From: Parvularia atlantis
Taxonomy: Eukaryota
DNA: 49,488 bases
Reading direction: 5' to 3'
NCBI GenBank assembly: GCA_943704415.1
Contig: CALSCO010000763.1
Span: 1-49,488 of the forward strand
Shown: in pieces, positions 13,301-23,567 of the stretch
Position numbering within the stretch: position 1 is the stretch's first letter
Layout of the letters: the number at the start of each line of letters is the position of its first letter
Translations under genes and position numbers: made by a program
The notes under the pieces: generated by a model
Database searches by the model: none
What the model was told of the DNA's origin: nothing
The model's input: the letters and a program-made list of their open reading frames with translations, nothing else

Positions 13301-16300
13301 GGTCACCCCCCGGGCCGCCGTTTGATTAAGCTGTGCCGATGCGCAGGCGCTCGCCAAGGCCGCCGAAGCCAACGACGCGCTCGCGCTGCTGCGCCTGCTC
13401 GCGCCCAGCTGGCCGGCCGCGGCGCTGGTCAATCTCGTACGTCGGACTGGACACACACCGCGCTGCGGTTTGACGCACGGCGCGCAGGGGCCCGAGCACC
13501 TCGAGAACGACACGAGCCTACTGATGTGCGCCGCGGCCAGTGGCGCGGTCGAGTGTGCCGAGCTGCTGCTGCAGAACGGCGCGGACGCGGCGCTCAAGAA
13601 CCGCGACGGCGCCACCGCGCTCGATCTGGCGAAGCAGGCGCGCTACGCCGGCCGGCGCCGCATGGCGGCTGAACGCGTGCCGACAGGCTGGCCACGAGGC
13701 CGCCGTGCGCTGCCTGAGCGCGTGGACGACCAAGCGCCAGACCGACGACCGCAACGAACCCGGCGAGCACGAGGAGGTGCGCGGGAGACACGCAGCCGCA
13801 CGCGCATGTCTCACTGTCGCGCGCCGCGGCAGACGGCGATGGACTACCGCTGCGGGTTCATGTTTAAGCGCGGCGAGGTCAATAAGTTTTGGAAGCGGCG
13901 GTGGTTTGTCTTTGAGGTGCGCCCGCGCGCCACACCCGCAACACGCCGTGAGATGCCCACGCCCGTCTTGCAGAACCAAACGCTGCGCTACTTCAAGCTC
14001 AAGGACGACCGCGAGCCCGCCGGCACGGTCTTCGTGGACGACATGGTCGCAGTGACGATGCGCGACGACGCAAGCAAGCCGGTGCGCGCCGCTGCGACGC
14101 GCTGCCGATCTGACAGGGGGTGGTGGTGCGCCAGTTTTACTTTGAGCTGCTCACGCGCAAGGGCCGCGTGTACGAGCTCGCGGCCGACAACGAGGCGCAG
14201 ATGTGCGACTGGATGGACGTGCTGCGGCTGGCCATCGACCGGCGCTGGGCACGCGACGGTGCGCGCGTTGCGCGTGCTGTGCGACACAGCTGACGACCTG
14301 GCGTGCAGAGTTTGCCGACCGCAAGCTCGACCTGAGCAAGTTTGCGGCCAACGGGCCGACGCAGGTGCAGGAGGAGAACGACTCGCGGTGGCGCCGGCGC
14401 TGGTCGCTGCTGCAAGACAAGACGCTACTGCACTTTGCAGACGCGGAGCACCAGGTGCGCTTGGCCAGCCAGCACGCCCTGCAAGCCGCTGCTCACCCGG
14501 TCTGGCCGCAGCGCCTCATGAGCTCAGTCGACCTGCGCCAGCTCGTCGACGCCGAGGCCGACGTGCCGCCGCCTGGCCACGGCAGTAAGCCGCACCACGT
14601 CATCTGCATCAAGACGCAGACGCGCGTGCACCGGCTGGTGCGGCTGCTGCGCCCACTGGCGTGCACCCCCACTCAGCCGCGCCGGTCGCAGATGCTCGAG
14701 ACGCCCGAGGAGCACGCGCGCTGGCTGCGGGCGCTGAAGGACACGCAGACGTTCGGCGTGGCGATCGAGCTGGTCGCGCGGCGCAAGCAGGGCTCACACG
14801 ACAAGGGTGTGCCGCTGATCCTCGTCAAGTGCATCTCGTACCTGAATACGTACGGTCTCGAGCAGGTGCGCACGGGCATGTGCATGTGCGCGCGATCGCT
14901 GCCTGACAACGAGAGCGCCGTTGCAGGAGGGCCTCTACCGCATCCCGGGCGACGCCGAGACCGTGCAAAAGCTGCGCACGCGGTTCAACCAGGTGCGGTG
15001 TGCTACGTCACATCGGTCTTGCCAACGCACACCCGCCAGGACGACACAGCGGTGAACCTGTCCAACAGCTTTGAGCCGTCGGACGTGCACGCGACGGCGA
15101 CGCTGGTCAAAGTGCGCCGCGCGCTGCCGTCGTGGCCGCTGCTGATGCGTGCTGGCGAGCAGATGTACCTGCGCGAGCTGCCCGAGCCGCTGGTGACGCT
15201 GCGCCTGCAAGACCGCCTCGTGCAGGCGGTGCAGCAGGGCGAGCCGTCGGAGCGCGTCGAGGCCGTGCGCGGCATCCTGGTGCGCACGTTCGGACCACGG
15301 TGTCGCGTTTGGCTCACCACGGCGGAGCAGGGCGAGCTGCCGGACGCAAACGCCAAGACGCTGCGCAAGGTCGTCAACCACCTGCACCGGCTGCTGGAGC
15401 TGAGCAGCATCAACCACATGTCGATTGAGCCGCTGGTGGGCTGTCGGTCGTGCAGAGACGCGGCCGGGCGACTGACGCGGCGCCGCATGGGTAGAGCGCC
15501 ATTTTCGCTTCGTGCCTGATGCGCGAGATGGACGGCGCTGTGCCGCCGCGGTCGGCCGAGTACGCCGAGGTTGTGCAGTTCCTGCTGGCGCACTACCATG
15601 AGCAGTTTGAGGCGCGCACTGGCTTGCTGGCGCTTTCGCAGCTGACACGCGCACGGCTTGGCGTGCAGGACGCACCAGCCGCAGGCGGAAAGAGCCCGAG
15701 CGGGACACTGACACGCAAGACGGTGCGGTGTCCTCGTTTCTGATTGCTGGACGCAGCTGTTGAGTGTGCGCGCGCCGCGCGTAGCAGAGGGACGCGCCGA
15801 CGATGTGCAACGTGTACCTCGACGACGGCCAGACGAGCACGGGCGACAACGAGCGCATCTACCTCACGCCGCTGACGGCGCGAATGACGGCCAAGGAGGT
15901 CTGCGCGCTGGTGTCGGCCCGCTGGTGTCGCTCTAACGGACGGGTGGGGCGATGCGCAGGTCGCACAGGCCGTGGCCCGGCGCGTGGCGGTGGACGATCC
16001 GGCCAACGCGTGCTACAACTACGCGCTGTTTGAGGTGCTGCCGGACTCTGGTGCGCGCGCCGCATACCTGCTGCAGCACCGGCTGACAGTCTGCGCAGAG
16101 CGCGTGATCGATGACTTTGAGAAGGTGCTCGCGATTGTCAACTCGTGGCCGGCTGAGTTGCGCGGCCGCCTCGTGTTTAAGGTCAACGCGCTGCGCGCCG
16201 TGCGCGTGCCGCTGGTACGTTGTGTGTGTGGTCGTGGGGACGGCGGCTGAGCGAGGCGCGCGCCAGAACGCGGCTGGCTTCCCGGAGCTGCGCGGCTGGC

Positions 16301-16921
16301 TGTACAAGGCCTCGCCCAACGAGCGCAACTGGCGCCGCCGCTTCTGCATCCTGCGACCTGAGGGCATCCTGTACTTTCCCGACGCGAAGGCACGGTTTGC
16401 GCCATTATGCACGCCTCGCACTCACCGTTGCGTGCCGCAGAACCTCGCCTTCCCGCGCGGCAGCATCCCGATCTACGGCCTCGTGGTGTCGCAGCTGGGC
16501 GAGCGCAAGAAGGCACCGACGCGCTTCTGCTTCGTGATCAGCCGGCGGTGCGGGCGCGCGTGAGCCGCGGCATCGGGCGTCTCACGCTTGCCGCGCGAAG
16601 GTGGCCGCGCTCACCGCAGGAGGACTTTAGCCGTGTCTTTGCGGCCGAGAGCGACGAGCAGCGCCAGATGTGGGTGGCTGCGGTGCGCCTGGCCAAGGTA
16701 CGCTTGGCATGGCGGTGTCGAGAGTGCGCACCGACGACACCGACGGCGCAGAAGCCGCGCATCGTCTCGGACGCGACCGTGTTTGCGTGGCCGCCGCCGG
16801 GGTCCGAGGGCGTGTACGCCACCACAACGGACATGAGCAGTGGCGGGGTGAATGCGCACACGGCAGACACGGCGGACGAGGACGAGGGCGCAAACGAAAG
16901 CGGTGAGGCCGTGCCGGTGGC

Positions 16922-16963
<42 letters not shown>

Positions 16964-17285
16964 GGACGCGCTCGAGCGCGCCGAGGAGGAGGCCGAGAAG
17001 GCGCGCGCTCTCCAGCGCCAGCAGCAGGTGCAGCACATCACGGCACTGCGCCGCAGCCGCACCTCGACGGGGCAGAAGGTCGCCGCGCTCGCGCCCGCGC
17101 CGCAAGCCGTGCGCCTCTCGACCCTGCCGCCGCCACCACCGAAGCCGGCCACGCCGCAGCCGACCCCCACCGAGCCCGCGCCCGCCGCTGAGGACAATGA
17201 GGCATCGTGGGACGCGCTCGAGCAGGCCGAGCGCGAACTTTACGAGATCGAGCAGGAGCTGGACCGGCTCGACGTCGATCTGTGA
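10331..17285 (+). CDS. ARAP: ARAP-type GAP: SH3-SAM-PH-PH-ArfGAP-ANK-PH-PH-RhoGAP-RA-PH plus acidic/Pro-rich tail, more than 30 introns
   Basis: SH3 (VLYDFAAEQPDELSLRAGE..WWLG..GIFPAAYV); SAM (FLATLELDEYARDF..DLDEIGV..HRR); PH starts (KAGWLHKQGERIKGWKRRW; GWLKKMG..WKRRYVV; GFMFKRG..WKRRWFVF; RGWLYK..WRRRFCIL); ArfGAP CADC-x16-CIECSGVHR; ankyrin (ELLLQNGADAALKNRDGATALDLA); RhoGAP (VPLILVKCI..EGLYRIPG..KMYLRELPEPL); RA-like (YALFEVL..ERVIDDFEKVLAIVNSW). Confidence 0.88.
16923..16967 (+). repeat. (GAGGAC)n coding repeat giving a Glu/Asp tract in the ARAP-like tail
   Basis: gaggacgaggacgaggac... encodes EDEDEDEDEDEDDED. Confidence 0.85.
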
Positions 17286-17325
17286 TCTTTTCTTGTTTTG
17301 CATGCTTTACGATTGCGCTGCGCCC

Positions 17326-18849
17326 TTACTGGTCGTCAGCCGGTGCCGTCATCGCGGCGCCGTTGGACGGCCCCGCCCACAGCCCGTACTTCTTGCCCGG
17401 CGTCGTCTGCCACAGTCTATGCGTGCTTGTAAGCGGATGCGGTGGCAGAAACAGCGCGCGCGCATACCGGATGGTGCCGTCGTCCGAGCCCGACGCGTAG
17501 ATCTCGCCGTCGGGCGAGAAGCGCAGCGAGTGCACGGGCCCGTGGTGTGCCTTGTACTTGTCTAGTGCACGCGCCGCACAGGAAACGTGAGCACGTGCGA
17601 ACTATGCGCGGCACGGCATCGCACCGATCTCGGCCAGCGTGGCGTAGTCGTAAACGTGCACAAGAAAGTCCGAGCCGCCCGCGACGAAGCGCGGCAAGGT
17701 CGGGTGCAGCGTCACCGTTTCGCAGTTGAAGCCGAGCTTGCGTTGGTCGACGGCCGCGACCTGCCCGCCGCTGTTTGCGAGCGCGCTGAGCCCACGCGCG
17801 GCAACGGACGCGCACGCACGTGCTCAGATCGAAGAAGCGCACGCCCTGGTGCGACGCGGCCGAGAGCACGTTGCGGTGCGCGCAGATCTCGAGGTCGAGC
17901 ACGGCGTCGTCCATCGCGAGGGTGCTGACGACGCTGTTGGCGCGCAAGTCCCACACGCTGCGCACGACCGCTCACGGATCGGCACACGACACGGCGAGTG
18001 CCACTGACGCACCGCACTTCCTTGTCGTCACCCGCCGTGAAGACGACCGACGTCGCCTCTTGTGTCGCGATGGTGCGAATCGTCCCAGTGTGGCCGGGGA
18101 TCTCCATCACGGCTGGAGCGCGCCCGCGATCAGTGCGGCACGGAGACACGCTCGCACACGCGCGTGCGCACGCACCTGCGTCCCCGCCCTCGACGTCAAA
18201 CAACCTGAGGGTCTTGTCGGTGCCACCGGTGATGATGTGCCGGTTGCTCTGTCGGTCGCGCTCAGCCCGGCCGCACACGCGCCAGGGGCGGCGGCGCACC
18301 GTCGCGAGAAAGTCGACAGCGCGGACAATGTTCTTGTGGTGCTGGAGGATCTTGACCTCCTGGCCGCGTTCCGTCTCCCAGACCTTGCTGCGCGCGCCGT
18401 CAGCACGGCCCGACGCCTCCTCGCGCCAGCGGCGCGCACGCGAGGTAGTCGGCCGCGCCGGTGACGGCCAGCCGGTCGTCACGGCTGAGGCGCACGGACC
18501 AGACGGCGCCCTTGTGGCCCTTGAACGTGCCGATCCAGTCGCCCGTCTGCCCGTTGCGCAGCATCGCGTTGCCGTCTGCGGGGTTAGCGTGGCGCCATGT
18601 CGCGCGCGTGTGACGTGAGCGGCGATGACGACGGCACGAGGCAGAGCGCGCACCGTGGCACGCCGAGATCAGCAGGTACTTGCCGCCCTCGTCCATCCGC
18701 CCAAAGTGCAGCTGCGGGATGGGCCGCGTGTGCCCGGGGCACGTCTGCGCGCAGCGAAACGTGGCGCCATCCATCCGCGGCTCAGCGCCAGCCCCGCCCG
18801 GCCGACCCATCGCGCGCACCAGGGACGTCTGTCGCACGCCGGTCGCCAT
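17326..18849 (-). CDS. STRAP: STRAP/UNRIP WD40 protein, multi-exon
   Basis: [46 protein letters not shown] and the C-terminal [40 protein letters not shown] are diagnostic. Confidence 0.93.
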
Positions 18850-18996
18850 CCGGAGCCCGTGTCGCGTGAGTGCAGCGGTGCGTGGCCGTCGATGTGCGCG
18901 CTGCGTGAGGCGGATGGCGCGATCAGCAGAGGCGCGCACGCGGCCACATCCAATGTCTCATCCGCGTTGCCGCGCATGCACTAGTAACATGACACG

Positions 18997-19717
18997 ATGA
19001 AGCACACACTCGGCGTCCTGCTGTTTGACGGCTTTGAGGTGCTCGACGTGTACGGCCCGGTCGAGTGCCTGCACAAGGTCGAGGGCATCCGCATCGTCAC
19101 CGTGGCCGAGCGCGCCGGGCTCGTGCGCAGCACGCAGGCGCTCGAGACGCGCGCCGAGTACGGCCTGAACGACTGCCCGCCACTGACGATGCTGATCGGT
19201 GCGCGGCGGCGTCGCATCGGCCTCGCGCACAAGCTCACACGCGCAGTGCCCGGTGGGTACGGCACGCGCCGCGAGGTGCTCAACGCGCGCCTGATCGCGT
19301 GGATCCGCGAGCGCGCGCTCGCCGCTGAACTCGTCATGACCGTGTGCACGGGCACGGGTGCGCAACTCTCCGCAGCTTGCACGCACGCACGCGCCGATCC
19401 GTGCGGGCGCAGCACTGCTCGCCAAGACGCGCCTGCTGGACGGCGTGCGTGCGACGAGCAACAAGCGCTCGTTCGCGTGGGTCGCGCAGCAGGGCCCGCT
19501 CGTGCGCTGGGTCCCGCGCGCGCGCTGGGTCGAGGACGGCAAGTGGTGGACGTCCTCGGGCGTGTCGGCCGGGACGGACATGGCGCTGCAGGTGATCGAG
19601 CGCCTGTGCGGCAAGGCCAAGGCGGACGACATCACGGCGCAGGTCGAGTGGGACCGCAAGACGGACGCGGCGTGGGACCCGTTTGCAGACATGTACGGCC
19701 TCGCGCCAAAGTTGTGA
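18997..19717 (+). CDS. DJ-1/PfpI superfamily protein, isocyanide-hydratase-like, 3 exons
   Basis: GVLLFDGFEVLDVYGP..PGGYGTR..VMTVCTG (nucleophile Cys)..LLDGVRATSNK..RWVEDGKWWTSSGVSAGTDMAL. Ends in APKL*. Confidence 0.88.
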
Positions 19718-19770
19718 CACGGATGCGGCTGGCCGTGTCACTTGGGCAGCAGCGCGCGCAGCGTCCTGTG

Positions 19771-21020
19771 CTACGCTGTCAGCGGGTGCCGCTGGTGGGG
19801 CAACAAGCGCACGGCGCACCGCTTGACGGTCTCGGCGGCGTGCAGGAACTGCGTCGCGACGGCGAGCGACGACGGCCACGGCGCGCGCTGGTCCTGCTGC
19901 TTGGGCGGCGGCGGTGGCGGCGGCGCGCCATGCGCGTTGCTTGTGGTGGTCACGTACGACGATGACGCGTAGCCGGAGCGCGCGCCCGATCCGCTGGCGC
20001 TCGACGGCACCGACGCCGGGCCGGAGACGGGCGTGGGCGCGGTGCTGACCGTACGTGTCTGGCGGCGGCTCGAGCGGCGCACGGCGTCCTGTGCGGCGAG
20101 CGCGCGGTCCTTGGCGAGGCAGTACTTGAGCACGGACGCGAGCTTCTTCTGCGAGTGTGAGGCCGGAGGGGTAAGCGCGCACGACTGCACACCAGCAGTG
20201 CATGCGTGCGCGAGCGTGCCTGACGCTTGGTGGCGCCGGCGCGCGCCGTGCCGGGGTCGTCGAAGCGCAGCCGCTTGTTCGGCCCGCCGTTGATCGCCAA
20301 CCACTCGCCATCGGCCGAGCGCTTGTGGCCGGGCGGGATGCACGGCGTGGGGCGGCGGCGGCCATACGTGCGCAGCAGGGCGCGCTGCGAGGGCGGAACG
20401 CGCGGGTCGTCCAGCCACGCGGCGTCGATGTTGGGCGCAAACACGTTGACGATCTGCGCACATGTTGAGTGAGGCCCGCCAACAAGCGCCACGCACGTGC
20501 AGGCGCACCGGCTCCTTGACGACGGCGCTGAGGGCGGTGGCGACGGGGCCGCGCCGCGGCTGCGACCGGCGGGACGCCTCGGCCAGGATCAGGCGCTGGA
20601 TGACGCGCTGCGGGCGCGGCTTGAGCAGCGTGCGCTGGACGAGGCCACTCGCGGTGCGGTGCATGTGCGGCAGGGGCGTCCGGGCGAGCGCGCGCGGCAG
20701 GTGCACGGGTCGCGGCGGCTGCGGCGGCTGCGGTTGCGGCGGTGGCGCCATCGATGGCACGACGGCCTCATCGGTCGAGGTCGCCGACGACGACGTGACG
20801 ACGCTGTCGCTGAAGATGTCGATCGAGGGCACGGTGGCGGCGGCGGCCTCAAAGCGCAGGCGGCGGCGTGGCGTGCGCTCATCCTGGGCGCGCGCGAGGG
20901 CTTAGTTAAGGCTGGCACGGCTGCAAAGACGGCGCGCACCTGGGGCGTCGGCAGCGTCGAGCGCAGCGGGAGGGTCGGGGCCGACGGGGCGCCAGCCGCG
21001 CTGTCAGAGTGCACAAACAT
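19771..21020 (-). CDS. Hypothetical basic, low-complexity protein (about 4 exons)
   Basis: Long open segments are joined by GTGC..CAG-type introns typical of this genome and fill the gap between two genes. No recognisable domain. Start and exon limits are uncertain. Confidence 0.55.
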
Positions 21021-21149
21021 CGCTGTCGGGCGCACGGCGGTGAGGCAGGGCGGGCGCGCGGGCGAGGGCAAAGAACGCAAAGGATGCAAAGGCTGGCGCC
21101 AAAAAAAAAAAAAAGTGAAGCAACACACGCGTACACGCCGGAGCCCCAC

Positions 21150-22110
21150 TCACGCCGTCGTGTACTTCCACTTGAGGTACAGCCCGACCAGCGACGAGAT
21201 CGTGCCGGCGATGCCGACGCCCAGGGGCGGGAACCACGACTCGCGCACGGACCAGTGCGCGGCCAGGCAGAAATCGGCGAGCGTCGCGACGAGGCGCAGG
21301 CGCAGATCGCTCTCGGTGTTGCGCAGCGTCGCGATGTGCGTCTTGAGCTGCGAGAGGGGCGTGGTCGGGGTCTGGGGCTGCGCCGTCGTGCGAGTGCTCA
21401 GCAGGCCTGGCGGGCGTGATGCACGGCCGCACCAGCGTCGCGTACGACTTGTCGAGTTCGTCGCCCGTCCCGTTGGTCGCCCCGGGCTCGCCGCCGTGCT
21501 CGGCCAGGTGGAGCGTGTTCGCGAGGTTGAGGCGCTCAAACGTGACGTGCAGCAGCTTGTACGTGAGCGCGGCGACGTCGAGCACGATGTAGACGAGCCA
21601 GGCCTGGCACGACACGCGCGAGCACGCGTTGCGCGTCTCCTCCGAGAGCGGGATAACGTCGTGCAGGGCGAGCCAGTAGACGTTGTCGAGCGGGTAGTAC
21701 ACGACCATGCTCCAGGCCTGTGCCGCGCCGCGTGAGCGGTTGCGTGGCCCACGAAAGGCGACGCGCGCACCTGCACGATCGACAGCGGCCGCAGGAACGT
21801 GTCCGTCTCGGTGTTGGCGAGCACGCCGTCGACCGTCGCGAGCATGCCAAAGAGGCGCAGGACCATGCGCGTGTCGGCGATGGGCCCTGGCGCACGGCGT
21901 CAGCGCGATCCGCCGCCGTGTGCGTGTGGGCGCCGCACCGGTAAAGTTATTGATGCGCCGCACCAGCTCCGACTTGTCGCCGTGGCGGCGCGTCAGGTAC
22001 ACGTTCACGAGCCGCAGCGTGTACTGCGCCGTGCGGAAGACCTTGTCCGCGCCCGACACGGACGAGACAAAGGCGATCGAGCGCGCGAGCGGTGCAGGCG
22101 TCGCCGCCAT
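21150..22110 (-). CDS. PEX11: Peroxin PEX11 family protein, 4 exons
   Basis: SVSGADKVFRTAQY..|GPIADTRMVLRLFG..YYPLDNVYWLA..CQAWL..ADFCLAAHWS..VGIAGTISSLVGLYLKW matches the PEX11 (PEX11C/gamma-like) pattern. Confidence 0.85.
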
Positions 22111-22208
22111 GCTTGGTGCCAAGGACGCGTGCGCGGCACGTGGGCTGCGCGAAACATGAGCTGCGGGCCACACGCTGCGTCTTCCGGTTCCTCGCCCTCT
22201 TCGCCGCG

Positions 22209-23453
22209 ATGTTCGCCTTTGAGAAGGCCGCGCTCGCCGGAGTCGCGCGCAGCACCGTGCGGCTCGTGGGCACGCCCGCGACGCCGAACGCGCTCGCGAC
22301 GGTGCCCAAGGCGCCGAAGATCGGTGCGGGCGCGACCGACTCCTCGTGGCCCGGGCACGAACGACTCACTCACACGGCCGGCGCAGTCACGCCGCACGCC
22401 GCCAAGACCGCCGCCACGCTGCTCAGCCACCTCACGCTCGACAAGGACGACGGGCACGGGCCCGCGGCCCTCGCGCCCGTCACGCAGCAGCCCGTCGTGC
22501 GCTCGAGCCTGCTGGGCGCGCGCTTCCTAGGCGCGGCCGTGCTGCAGCGCACCATGTCGACTGCGGCCACCGTGCCCGCTGCGGGCGACCTGGGCGTCTC
22601 GGCGGACGAGGCCAAGCGCATCACGTCGGTCGAGGGCGTGGTCACGACCAAGACGACCAAGGTGCGCGCGCACGCTACTGCCCTTTTTTTTTCCTTTTCC
22701 TGTCCTCGCTCGCTCACACCGCGCGCGCCAGCTGCCCGACTTCCACAAGTACGAGCGCGAGCCGTCCTCGTCCGAGACGCGGCGAACGTTCACGTACCTG
22801 ATGGTGGGTGCGACGGGCGTCGTGAGCGCCGTCATCGCCAAGAACCTCGTCGTCGACTTTCTCTCGTGCGCCGCTCGTGCGCGTGCTGCCGCCCGTGCGT
22901 GCGCTCACCGGGGGGGGGAGGCGCGCACCGCGCAGCAACCTCTCTGCGTCGGCCGACGTGCTCGCGCTGGCCAAGGTCGAGGTTGACCTGTCCAACATCC
23001 CCGAGGGCAAGAATCTGATCGTCAAGTGGCGCGGCAAGCCCGTCTTCATCCGCCACCGCACGGCCGACGACATCGAGACGGCCAGCCAGGTGCGCACGGG
23101 CTTCCCGCGTCCGGTCCCGTGCTGAGCGCTGCGCAGGTCGACCTGGGCGAGCTGCGCGACCCGCAGCCCGACAGCGCGCGCGTCAAGGCGCCCGAGTGGC
23201 TCATCCTGCTCGGCGTGTGCACGCACCTCGGCTGCGTGCCCATGGGTGACGCCGGCGACTACGGTGGCTGGTTCTGCCCGTGCCACGGCTCGCACTACGA
23301 CAGCTCGGGCCGCATCCGCAAGGGGGTGTGTTGCCTGCTGCGACCTGCGCGCGCCGCGGTCGGCTCACAGCCGCGCGCCAGCCGGCCCCGCTCAACCTCG
23401 AGGTGCCCTCGTACGAGCTCGACCTCGACAACCTCAAGGCGGTCATCGGCTGA
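22209..23453 (+). CDS. UQCRFS1: Cytochrome bc1 Rieske iron-sulfur protein, mitochondrial precursor
   Basis: [37 protein letters not shown], Rieske boxes CTHLGCVP and CPCHGSHYD, and [14 protein letters not shown]. Confidence 0.97.
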
Positions 23454-23567
23454 AAAGTCGGCTGAAATGTGAGGAGGCGGGAGACGTGTCTGTCGAGTTG
23501 TTGCTCGTTCGTCAGTTTGCATTCCACACGCCGCCGGACACGCACGCCGTGCAGCCACAGCCCAGAG

